Origin: a bacterium
Lineage (GTDB): Bacteria > Actinomycetota > Coriobacteriia > Coriobacteriales > CADBOM01
Length of the DNA: 64,000 bases
Reading direction: 5' to 3'
NCBI GenBank assembly: GCA_024698685.1
Contig: JAILQZ010000002.1
Span: forward strand, 4,366-68,365
In this document: positions 19,546-27,804 of the stretch, in pieces
Layout: every line of letters begins with the position of its first letter
Position numbering within the stretch: the first letter of the stretch is position 1
Notes under the pieces: model-generated
The model's input: the letters and a program-made list of their open reading frames with translations, nothing else
Databases searched by the model: none
What the model was told of the DNA's origin: nothing
Position numbers and translations under genes: made by a program

Positions 19546-19771
19546 GACTTTTGTATGATTTCGGCCATTTTCGGGCTTGCGCTGACCATTTTTCCGACTT
19601 TTGTACGATTTTTCGAAGGGGATTCGCATTCGCAAAAGCAGACAAGCCCTCTGACCTGCGGTTTTGCCGTAGCTGGCATCGCGCTTTCGGGAAGCGCTGG
19701 AAAAAATCGTACAAAACTCGGTATTTTGGCTACCGAGGAGGTTCCACCCCCGAAAATCGTACATTTCGGCG
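19546..19771. repeat. Nested inverted repeats built from a TTTTGTA(C/T)GATTT core; MITE-like element or structured RNA.
   Basis: The inner pair is a perfect 15 bp: ttttgtacgattttt (19599-19613) against aaaaatcgtacaaaa (19702-19716). The outer pair is ttttgtatgatttcgg (19549-19564) against ccgaaaatcgtaca (19750-19763), with one wobble and one bulge. Confidence 0.6.
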
Positions 19772-19829
19772 ATTTTTTGCCACAGGATTTCCACGGCTCG
19801 GCCCCAAAAGGCGCTCGAGGCGCAAAGAG

Positions 19830-19855
19830 GGGGCGCTGGCCTGCGCCAGCGCCCC
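19830..19855 (-). terminator. Terminator hairpin downstream of yebC.
   Basis: ggggcgctggc (19830-19840), loop ctgc, gccagcgcccc (19845-19855). Confidence 0.6.
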
Positions 19856-19889
19856 ATCGCTCACATCATTGGCCTGTTTGCGCCAGCAA

Positions 19890-20648
19890 CTACTCCTCGA
19901 GCGCCGCGGCGATCTCGTCGGTGATGTCCATCGTGTTGTAGACGTTCTGGATGTCCTCGAGGTCCTCGAGCCTATCGACGAGCCTCATGACCTTGCGCGC
20001 GTCAGCGACGCTGACCTGGGTGGGGTTGGTGGGCTGCATGATCGGCTCGGCGCCCTTGATCTCGATGCCCTGCTCGCCAAGCGCGATGCGCACGTCGTTG
20101 AGGGCGGTGAACTCGGTGTAGATGATCCACTCGTCCTCGGCATCCTCGTAATCGTCTCCGCCAGCCTCGGCGACCGCCATCATCAGCTCGTCCTCGTCCT
20201 CGCACTGGGCCTTGTCGATGATGATCTGGCCCTTGCGCTCGAACTGGAAGGCAACCGAGCCGCTGGTGCCGAGGTTGCCGCCGGAATGCGTGAACGCGGA
20301 GCGGACGTCCGCGGCGGTGCGGTTGCGGTTGTCGGTGAGGGCCTCGCAGTAGAACGCGACGCCAGCAGGGCCATAGCCCTCGTAGACCACGGTCTCGTAG
20401 TTCGCGCCGTCGGAGCCGGAGCCGAAGGCCTTCTTGATCGCGGACTCGATCTTGTCCTTGGGAAGCGAATAGCCCTTGGCCTTGGTGATCGCGGCTGCGA
20501 GCGCTGCGTTGTTATCGGGATTGGGGTCGCCGCCCTCCTTGGCGGCAACGGTGATGTTGCGGGAAAGCTTCGAGAACAGGGCGGATCTCTTGGAGTCCTG
20601 CGCTGCCTTGCGATGCTTTGTGGTCGCCCATTTCGAATGTCCGGACAT
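19890..20648 (-). CDS. yebC: YebC/PmpR-family DNA-binding transcriptional regulator.
   Basis: The ORF runs 19890..20861. I chose the start at MSGHSKWATTKHRKAAQDSKR (ATG 20648), preceded by AGGAGGGCC. Confidence 0.9.
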   Translation of the reverse strand: MSGHSKWATTKHRKAAQDSKRSALFSKLSRNITVAAKEGGDPNPDNNAALAAAITKAKGYSLPKDKIESAIKKAFGSGSDGANYETVVYEGYGPAGVAFYCEALTDNRNRTAADVRSAFTHSGGNLGTSGSVAFQFERKGQIIIDKAQCEDEDELMMAVAEAGGDDYEDAEDEWIIYTEFTALNDVRIALGEQGIEIKGAEPIMQPTNPTQVSVADARKVMRLVDRLEDLEDIQNVYNTMDITDEIAAALEE

Positions 20649-20892
20649 CTTGGCCCTCCTAGTTATCGGTTCGAATACATGAATGATAGCGCACATGGCA
20701 CCCGCGTAAAAGGGATAGCGTGGACGGACGGGCAGCAGCTGTTGCATAAACGCGCGGAAATATGCTGGAGGCTGCAGGTTGGGGCGCCGGAGCTGCGCTT
20801 TAGGGGCGTCGGGAAAGCACTCTTCCCAAAAGAAATCCGGCGCCGACCGTCTGGCCAGCACCGGAAGACTTAAGAGATATGCAGCGGTTTCG

Positions 20893-21201
20893 CTACTTGG
20901 TGAGCGCCTTGGAGAAGATCCTCTTGGGGTCGCGCGCGATGTTGATGACGGCCCAGACCGCCAGGCCGACGATCACGACGACGAGCCCGAGAACCGCATC
21001 ATCGAGCATTGCCGCGGTGTCGGCGATCTCGATGAAGGCCTCGCCCTCGACCAGACATGCAATGCCGTCGACGCACCACATCAGCGTTGCCGCCCAGTAC
21101 ATGAGCGCAAGGGAGCCGATGCTGAACGTGCTGTTGGGAGCCTTGGAGTACCAGACGATCGAGGCGACAACTGCTGCGAGCAGCGTGATCATCAGGGTCA
21201 T
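20893..21201 (-). CDS. Small hydrophobic membrane protein, unknown function.
   Basis: 102 aa with about 3 predicted TM stretches. Its start abuts the stop of the upstream gene. Confidence 0.55.
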   Translation of the reverse strand: MTLMITLLAAVVASIVWYSKAPNSTFSIGSLALMYWAATLMWCVDGIACLVEGEAFIEIADTAAMLDDAVLGLVVVIVGLAVWAVINIARDPKRIFSKALTK

Positions 21202-21620
21202 TAGAGCTCAGCCTCCTTGGCGGCCTCGGTCTTGGCGGAGCGCTTGACTACCGCATCGGCCACGAACGTGACCACGAGCCATGTCACCGTGACAAGCACG
21301 GCCATCGCCACGCCTACCGTTGCCATCTCGTGCAGGACCGTTGCCATCTCGCCGGGAACGCTCGCGGCGGTCAGGAAGGGTGGCCAGAGAACCACCTCCC
21401 CATGCCAGATGTGCTCGATTGCCAGGAGGAGCACTCCGCCCCAAAGCATATTCATGAGCCATCCGAGCTTGCGGGTCCAGCAGATGCCATGCTCTGCAGG
21501 GTCGGTGATCTGCTTGCCCTTCTCATCGACGATGCCCTTCTTCTGCTCGCTCTTCTTGACAGCGGCGCGAACGGCGGTCACGACGATTGCCTCACCACCA
21601 CTAACGAGGAAACATGCCAT
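21201..21620 (-). CDS. Small membrane protein, unknown function.
   Basis: 139 aa with a strong RBS (GAAGGAGATCGAA-ATG). It has hydrophobic segments and a repeated EMATV motif. Confidence 0.55.
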   Translation of the reverse strand: MACFLVSGGEAIVVTAVRAAVKKSEQKKGIVDEKGKQITDPAEHGICWTRKLGWLMNMLWGGVLLLAIEHIWHGEVVLWPPFLTAASVPGEMATVLHEMATVGVAMAVLVTVTWLVVTFVADAVVKRSAKTEAAKEAEL

Positions 21621-21679
21621 TTCGATCTCCTTCTCTTCTTTTCAAGACGTTGCGATTATAACGCTGTTTGCCTATATCG

Positions 21680-21706
21680 GTATTACGATTTCCGCATTCG
21701 TAATAC
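21680..21706. promoter_or_regulatory. Perfect 9-bp inverted repeat upstream of the small-membrane-protein pair.
   Basis: gtattacga (21680-21688), 9 nt, tcgtaatac (21698-21706). A minus-strand TATAAT lies at about 21654-21659, between the repeat and the gene. Confidence 0.35.
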
Positions 21707-21736
21707 TGCAATGTGCGGGAACGCCCGCCGAACGCC

Positions 21737-22507
21737 TCAGCGGGGCCGCTTGCGCTTGGGCTGCCCCAGGAAGACGTATTCGTCCTCGCTCGAGAGCTCC
21801 GGCGCGAACGCGTAGCCAAGTCGGTCGAAGCCCTTCAGTTCCTCGAGCTCCTCGATTCCGCGCTCCGCCATATATCGTACCATCTCCCCGCGCGCCATCT
21901 TGCAGTAGACGCCCTTTTGTACCAGTTTGCCGCTTTGTTCCTCGGCAAACGTGCATGTGAGGAATTTATCGCTAGGCTGCAGATGCGATTCGACGGCCTT
22001 GGAGTACTCCTTCGAGGCAAGGTTGACAACCGTACGCGAGCCGTCATCGCGCAGCAGCTCGTCGTAGAGCGCGCCTCCCCAGTACTCGTAGAGGTCGCGC
22101 GTGCCACCCACGTGAGCCTTCGCCTGCATCTCCAACCTGTAGGGCACCACGCCATCGAGCGGGCGCAGGATCCCATAGAAGCCGGAGATGATGCGCAGAT
22201 GCTCCTGAACGTAGTCGAACTGCCCGGCTTCGAAGACCGAAGGCGCCATGTACTTGTACGCGATGCCGTCGTAGGCCAGAATGGCCGGCGTGAGCCCCTC
22301 GCGCAGGTCGACTTCGCCAAGCAGCTCGTAGTTCTGGAGGGTGAGCTTGTCGTTGGTGCCCCAGAGCGCCTTAGCCTCGGGATACGAGAGCAGCCGCAAC
22401 CAATCGAGCACCTCTTGGGCGCGGTCTATGAGCGAGGGCAGGTCCTGCCAATCGAGCGCCTCATCTAGCCTGTGCATCTGCTTGGCCGGCGAGATTATGA
22501 TTCTCAT
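21737..22507 (-). CDS. yaaA: Peroxide-stress protein YaaA (UPF0246).
   Basis: This is the last 256 codons of the 1151-aa ORF 21737..25192, starting MRIIISPAKQM. The remainder of that ORF is antisense to moeA, the mogA/moaB-family gene and the AKR gene. Confidence 0.85.
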   Translation of the reverse strand: MRIIISPAKQMHRLDEALDWQDLPSLIDRAQEVLDWLRLLSYPEAKALWGTNDKLTLQNYELLGEVDLREGLTPAILAYDGIAYKYMAPSVFEAGQFDYVQEHLRIISGFYGILRPLDGVVPYRLEMQAKAHVGGTRDLYEYWGGALYDELLRDDGSRTVVNLASKEYSKAVESHLQPSDKFLTCTFAEEQSGKLVQKGVYCKMARGEMVRYMAERGIEELEELKGFDRLGYAFAPELSSEDEYVFLGQPKRKRPR

Positions 22508-22669
22508 GCGACGCGCCTCCTCTCCCCTTGCGCCTACAAGCGTACGATAGCGCAATTGTCCGACCACGGCAGCAGTTTTCGCCCTTCGATGGGCTATCAT
22601 ATTCAAGGATAAACCGCTGAGGCGGCCGCCAAAGCAGCCTCGGCTTCGCAAGGCAGGAAAGGAACCGCA

Positions 22670-23926
22670 ATGCCAGAGATGATCTCCCTCGAAGAGGCCC
22701 GCGAACTCGTTCTCTCCCGCGTCAGCGCGCTCGAATCTGAGACCGTGCCGCTGCTCGATGCAGCTGGACGCGTGGCCGCCGCCGACCTCGCGAGCGACAT
22801 CGACGTCAGCCCCTTCGCGCACTCCGCCATGGACGGTTTCGCAGTCAAGAGCGCCTCGCTGGCTGGCGCGTCCGCAGACTTCCCGGTGGAGCTCGACGTG
22901 ATCTTCGAGGTGCCGGCGGGAGTGGCCTATGAGGGCGACGCCGCCGATGGTCAGTGCGTTCGCATCATGACCGGCGCACCGCTGCCCGAGTGCTTCGACG
23001 CCGTCGTCAAGTACGAGATCGTCGGCGTGGTCTCCGGCGATGGGCGCACGGGAAGCCGCGTCTCCTTCACCTCCCCTGCCGCCGTGGGCGACAACATCCG
23101 CGCAGCAGGCGAGGAGGCCAAGGCCGGCGAGACCATCATCACCGCAGGCGAGCCCATCGGAACCGCGGGCATCGGCTTCATAGCCGGCTGCGGGATCCTC
23201 GAAGTGCCGGTCTACTCGCGCCCGAAGGTCGCCATCATCTCGATCGGCAGCGAGCTCGTCGAGCCTAGCGTCAAGCCCGCGCCGGCCCAGATCCGCAACT
23301 CCAACAGCTACGCACTGGCCGCCTGCGCCCGCGCCGCCGGCTGCATCCCCGAGATCCTCCCGATCGTGGCAGACGACGAGGCCGAGCTCTCCACCGCCGT
23401 GCTCGCCGCAACAGAGGGCCACGACTTCGTCATCACCTCCGGAGGCGCCTCTAACGGCGACTTCGACTTCATCAAGAAGATCGTCGAGGAGCAGGGCGAT
23501 CTGCTGATGACCACGGTCAACATGCGCCCGGGCAAGGCGCAGACCTTCGGCATCGTCAACGACACGCCGGTCTTCGGGCTGCCTGGCAATCCCGCGGCGG
23601 CGTACATGGGCTTCGAACTCATCATCCGCCCGGCGCTGCGCAAGATGCAGGGCTACAGCTGCTTCGAGCACCCGATGGTCAAGGCGAGGCTCACCTGCGA
23701 CCGCAAGAAGAAGGACCCGCGCCGCCTCTTCATGCGCTCTACGCTTACCAAGGGCGCGGACGGAGAGCTCGAGGTGACCCCCGCTAAGAACCAGAGCTCG
23801 GGGCTCTTCGGCGTGATCCAAAAGACCAACTGCATGGCCATCCTGCCCGAGGGCGAGGTCAGCGCTAAGGCCGGGGACATCCTCGACTGCGTGCTGCTCG
23901 ACGTCCCCGAGGAGGTCGTGCTCTAG
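22670..23926 (+). CDS. moeA: Molybdopterin molybdotransferase MoeA.
   Basis: 418 aa, MoeA-like throughout (...SPFAHSAMDGFAV..., ...GLPGNPAAAYMGFE...). Confidence 0.9.
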   Translation: MPEMISLEEARELVLSRVSALESETVPLLDAAGRVAAADLASDIDVSPFAHSAMDGFAVKSASLAGASADFPVELDVIFEVPAGVAYEGDAADGQCVRIMTGAPLPECFDAVVKYEIVGVVSGDGRTGSRVSFTSPAAVGDNIRAAGEEAKAGETIITAGEPIGTAGIGFIAGCGILEVPVYSRPKVAIISIGSELVEPSVKPAPAQIRNSNSYALAACARAAGCIPEILPIVADDEAELSTAVLAATEGHDFVITSGGASNGDFDFIKKIVEEQGDLLMTTVNMRPGKAQTFGIVNDTPVFGLPGNPAAAYMGFELIIRPALRKMQGYSCFEHPMVKARLTCDRKKKDPRRLFMRSTLTKGADGELEVTPAKNQSSGLFGVIQKTNCMAILPEGEVSAKAGDILDCVLLDVPEEVVL

Positions 23927-23962
23927 AGGCCGGCGCACAGCGCGCGAAGCAAGGAGAGGGCT

Positions 23963-24457
23963 ATGGGCGAGAGTTACGAGCCAATGAAGATCAGGTTTGC
24001 AATCATCACGTGCTCCGACACGCGCACGATCGAGCAGGACACCGCAGGCGCGGCGCTGGCGGGCCTGATTGCCGAGCAGGGCTGGATCTGCGAAAGCCAT
24101 GTCATCGTCAAGGACGAGATCGAGCAGATCTCCCTGGCGATAGTCGAGGCGGCGGACGACCTCGATGTCGACATCATCCTGACCTGCGGCGGAAGCGGTC
24201 TCTCGCTGCGCGACGTGACCCCCGAGGCCACGCGCGCCGTCTGCGAGCGCGAGGTTCCCGGCATCGCCGAGGGAATGCGCGCCCACAGCATGCAGATCAC
24301 GCCGCGAGCGATGCTCTCCAGGGCCATCGCGGCGCAGCGCGGGCGCACCCTCGTCATCAACTTCCCCGGCAGCGAGAAGGCCGCGCGCGAGAACTGGGAG
24401 GGCGTCGTCGGCGTCCTCGAGCACGCTGCCCACATGATGGCGGGCGAAGGCCACTAG
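23963..24457 (+). CDS. MogA/MoaB-family molybdenum cofactor biosynthesis protein.
   Basis: 164 aa with the motifs TCGGSGLSLRDVTPEAT and INFPGSEKAA. Confidence 0.85.
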   Translation: MGESYEPMKIRFAIITCSDTRTIEQDTAGAALAGLIAEQGWICESHVIVKDEIEQISLAIVEAADDLDVDIILTCGGSGLSLRDVTPEATRAVCEREVPGIAEGMRAHSMQITPRAMLSRAIAAQRGRTLVINFPGSEKAARENWEGVVGVLEHAAHMMAGEGH

Positions 24458-24532
24458 AACGCCGCGGTCACCGGCAACAGCAGCGCCACCTCGGCCCATC
24501 CAGCAGCGCCACCCAAGCGAAAGGCGGCACCG

Positions 24533-25621
24533 ATGGAATACGTGGATCTCAACGGCGTGAAGGTCTCTAGGCTCGGCATGGGCAACATGCGCCTGCCCAG
24601 GAGCATCGCCAAGCTCGGAGGCATCGACTACAAGCGCGCGGAGAGGCTCATCAGCACCACGCAGGAGCTCGGAATCAACTACTACGATGCCGCGATCGTC
24701 TACCTGGGCTCGGAGGAGTTCCTCGGCAAGGCGCTCGTCAAGCGCTACGACCGCGACAGCTTCCACATCGCCACCAAGTACTACGCGCTCGGTCACCCCG
24801 ACTACCGCAAGGCGTTCGAGAACCAGCTCAGGCGCCTTAAGGTCGACTTCATCGACTTCTACCTCATCCACGGCCTCACCGACAGCAGCTACAAGACCTA
24901 CACGAACAAGGGCAGCATCGAATACTTCCAGCGCATGAAGGAGCAGGGCAAGATCGGGCAGTTCGGCTTCTCGACGCACGCATCGGTCAAGACCTCGCGG
25001 CGCTTCGCAGACGAACACGACTGGGACTTCGCGCAAATCCAATTCAACTACTACGACTGGGTCAACGGAACCGCCAAGGAGGAGTACGAGCTCTTCGAGC
25101 AGCGCGGGATTCCGCTGGTCATCATGGAGCCGGTGCGCGGCGGAAAGCTCGCAAAGTTCGTCGGAGACGCAACCGAGATGCGCAGCCTGCAACCCGATTG
25201 GAGCGCCGCCTCATGGGCGATGCGCTGGGTGAAGCGCTTCGACAACGCGAAGGTCATCCTCTCCGGAATGTCGAATCTCGAGCAGCTGACGGACAACGTC
25301 GCGACCTTCAACGACAGGGCGCTCAATGCCCGCGAGGTCGAACTGGTGCTGAAGTCGTGCGGTGCGATCAGGGAGTCGATGGCTGCCCCGTGCACCGCAT
25401 GCAGGTACTGCACCGAGAGCTGCCCGGCGGGCATAGACATCCCCGTGGCGATGGATGCCTTCAACGAGCTTGCAATGGGAAACGAGAGCGCTGCCGAAGA
25501 TCAGCTGAGCTGGCTGGAAAACGGCCCCGAGACATGCGTGGGCTGCGGCGCTTGCGCACAGCACTGCCCGCAAGGGATAGATATCCCCTCGATTATGGAA
25601 AAGCTGGCGAAAAGGCCCTAG
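24533..25621 (+). CDS. Aldo/keto reductase with a C-terminal 4Fe-4S ferredoxin-type domain.
   Basis: 362 aa. The AKR core is followed by CTACRYCTESCP and CVGCGACAQHCP motifs. Confidence 0.85.
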   Translation: MEYVDLNGVKVSRLGMGNMRLPRSIAKLGGIDYKRAERLISTTQELGINYYDAAIVYLGSEEFLGKALVKRYDRDSFHIATKYYALGHPDYRKAFENQLRRLKVDFIDFYLIHGLTDSSYKTYTNKGSIEYFQRMKEQGKIGQFGFSTHASVKTSRRFADEHDWDFAQIQFNYYDWVNGTAKEEYELFEQRGIPLVIMEPVRGGKLAKFVGDATEMRSLQPDWSAASWAMRWVKRFDNAKVILSGMSNLEQLTDNVATFNDRALNAREVELVLKSCGAIRESMAAPCTACRYCTESCPAGIDIPVAMDAFNELAMGNESAAEDQLSWLENGPETCVGCGACAQHCPQGIDIPSIMEKLAKRP

Positions 25622-26184
25622 TCGTTCGTTCCGAACATCGCCGCGCCATACGAGAAGCACTTCTTGAAGATCTCGAAAAGCTCCTCGGGGGTTTCGCGCT
25701 GGCCGCGCTGAACCCATGTGTAGAGCATGGACGATACGAAGATCGGCATGTCGTGTATGAGATACTGCGCGACTGCATCGTCTGCAGTCAAATCGCTGTC
25801 GACCTGCTTGACGATGTCTTCCGCATGCTTGAGATAGGAGCGATACAGTATGTCGACGTGGTTGTTTTCCACGAGAATCTGAAGCAGGGCGGAGTTCTCC
25901 ATTCCGTTGGTGATGATCGAGAGCATGGCTTCTCGCCTTGAAACATCGCCGATCTCATCTGCTTTGCGCGTGGTGGCGTCGACCATCTGGTCGCACATGT
26001 ACGCCAACACGTCCATGATGTTGTCGAAAAGGCGATAGAAGGTGCTACGGCTGACCGTCGACTGCTTTTGGATGTCCGAAACATTGATGTAGTCGAGCTT
26101 CTTCGTCTGTGCCAGCTCAAGAACCGCATCGCAGATCAGTGTGGCCGATTTCCTCGCGCGTGCATCTTTGGAAATATGGTACAT
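25618..26184 (-). CDS. TetR-family transcriptional regulator.
   Basis: The ORF runs 25618..26253. I chose the start at MYHISKDARARK, preceded by GAAGGGA. The HTH is ...VSDIQKQSTVSRSTFYRLF. Confidence 0.8.
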   Translation of the reverse strand: MYHISKDARARKSATLICDAVLELAQTKKLDYINVSDIQKQSTVSRSTFYRLFDNIMDVLAYMCDQMVDATTRKADEIGDVSRREAMLSIITNGMENSALLQILVENNHVDILYRSYLKHAEDIVKQVDSDLTADDAVAQYLIHDMPIFVSSMLYTWVQRGQRETPEELFEIFKKCFSYGAAMFGTND

Positions 26185-26374
26185 ACTGGTCCCTTCTATA
26201 CATTTACGTTTCGTTTGTATCCCAGGGAGAGTGGGTCGGAGTGGAAAAATCAAGCGGCGAGCTGGTTATTATTGGTAAGTGGATGCGCGTGAATCGGCCT
26301 CCCGAAGCCCGCATCACATTCGCATGATTCCAAAATTTGCATACAGCAGGGCAGGTGCGCTTGCTTCCCCCCGC

Positions 26375-27493
26375 TTAGCCCAACTCGCCGCCCAACAGCG
26401 CTGCGATCACCGCTTTGGTGATCTCGTAGACGCCGGGGAGCTTCGACTCGCGCGGCCCGGCAACGTTGAGCACCAGGCCCCTGCCCTCGCGCTCCAGCCA
26501 CGGGATGATGTCGTCCAGGTCCTCTGGCCCCGCCACCACTATGCATGGTCTGCCATACGCCTCTGCAAAGCGCTTGGTCATCTCGGTGCCGCTGCCTGGC
26601 TCCAGGCCATCGGGTGCCACTATCAGCGTGGCGTGGGAGTCGCGCACGTTCCATGCGGTGCGCTGCACATAGCCCGCCGACGGCGTGGGAACGAGCTCGG
26701 GGTATAGCTCGAGCAGCGTGTGGCCGGGGGTCGAGTCCTCTGCAAGCCCGTTGGCGGGGCACCATCCGCAGATCGGGATGCCCGCCTCGCGCGCCGCATC
26801 CAGCGAGCCGCGATCGGCGCCGGTCTGGCCGCCCGAGCGAATCTGAGCGACCAGTGGGATTCTCTCGATGAGGTCGGCTGCCTCGTCAAGCTGATTGGCT
26901 ACGGAAGCGGAATCGATGGGGTCGTTGCCCTGCCCCCTCTGCCATTCCTCTCGGGTCAGGCGAGTGAAATGCTTGATGGCGGTGTCGCTGTAGAACGGTC
27001 TCGGCGCGTCGGCAATCGTGTACTGGAAGATGAAGCCCGTCTTCTCCTGCACGCGTGCACCCTGGGCATTGCCCTCGAAGTAACCGCACCATACGGCCGA
27101 TAGCCCAAGGTCGAGGAAGGCATGGCGCAGCAGCGCGATGATCGCCTCCGGCATGTAGCCGTTGCCCCAGAAGGGCTTTGCGATCCAGAACGTGAGCTCC
27201 GCCTCGTCGGCTCCGATGTCGAGGTCGTCGCCGCCACCGAGGGTGAGCTCTATCGAGCCCACAGGGCGTATCGAGCGAGCGGTTCCCTTGATGGTCAGCG
27301 CGTAGTTCCCGGGTGCCATGAGCGCATCGACTATCGCCCGCCTGCACTCCTCGACGCTCCTATGGGGCGCCCAGCCCGCCTTCGAGCCAACCTCGGGATC
27401 GCAGGTTGCAACGTAGAGAGCGCGGGCATCGCTTGCCCTCCACGGACGCAGAATGAGTCTCGGGGTTTCGATCGTGCTGGCAGTGCTCTCCAT
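26375..27493 (-). CDS. Fusion protein: an N-terminal RimJ/RimL-type GNAT acetyltransferase joined to a C-terminal SLOG domain of the 'putative molybdenum carrier' (circularly permuted YpsA) type.
   Basis: The ORF runs 26375..27601. I chose the start at MESTASTIETPRLILRPW, preceded by GAAAGG. The C-terminal half carries SGGQTGADRGSLDAAREAGIPICGWCP...NVAGPRES, the signature I associate with Pfam PF12694. Confidence 0.7.
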   Translation of the reverse strand: MESTASTIETPRLILRPWRASDARALYVATCDPEVGSKAGWAPHRSVEECRRAIVDALMAPGNYALTIKGTARSIRPVGSIELTLGGGDDLDIGADEAELTFWIAKPFWGNGYMPEAIIALLRHAFLDLGLSAVWCGYFEGNAQGARVQEKTGFIFQYTIADAPRPFYSDTAIKHFTRLTREEWQRGQGNDPIDSASVANQLDEAADLIERIPLVAQIRSGGQTGADRGSLDAAREAGIPICGWCPANGLAEDSTPGHTLLELYPELVPTPSAGYVQRTAWNVRDSHATLIVAPDGLEPGSGTEMTKRFAEAYGRPCIVVAGPEDLDDIIPWLEREGRGLVLNVAGPRESKLPGVYEITKAVIAALLGGELG

Positions 27494-27804
27494 TGGAAAC
27501 CTTTCTTCGATTGCGCGGTTCAGCAACATTCTCGCACAAAACGAGCTGTGGGGCGCCCATATCGTGCTCGCTCGCTGCCGAATCCAACAGCGCAGAGCCA
27601 CCGGAGCGCGCTCGTCATTTCACTACATATGTAAGCAAATCGTCAATTACGAACGTCAACTTTGGAAACCTCTCTATAATTTGAATCACAGGGATACCGA
27701 ATGCGTCTGACTGGCAATCGATGCATTCTTCGCGAACGCGTGGCAGCTGGCATGGCCGCGCAGCCGCAGCAAAGACGACTCGCAACGCATGGAAAGGGGT
27801 AACT

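Noticed and set aside
19531-20873. Plus-strand ORFs 19531..19941 and 19551..20873.
   Set aside because: They start inside the repeat-rich intergenic region and then run antisense through yebC. There is no RBS or family signal.
22508-22669. Possible Moco riboswitch in the moeA leader. I also considered one upstream of modA at 37737-37927.
   Set aside because: I can see hairpins, for example CTGAGGC...GCCTCGG at about 22617-22650, and GAAAGGA near the start codon. I cannot match them with confidence to the Moco RNA motif from memory. The 37858-37889 stem is better explained as the terminator of the MoaE-like gene. Rfam cmscan with RF01055 would settle it.
22508-25192. Upstream 895 codons of the 1151-aa minus-strand ORF 21737..25192.
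   Set aside because: This part is antisense to three well-supported plus-strand genes: moeA, the mogA/moaB-family gene and the AKR-ferredoxin gene. Only the last 256 codons (yaaA, starting MRIIISPAKQM) look like a real protein.
25618-25621. Convergent genes whose stop codons overlap in the palindrome CTAG.
   Set aside because: It is real in the sequence, but it is a trivial consequence of tight convergent packing. There is no evidence of regulatory meaning.
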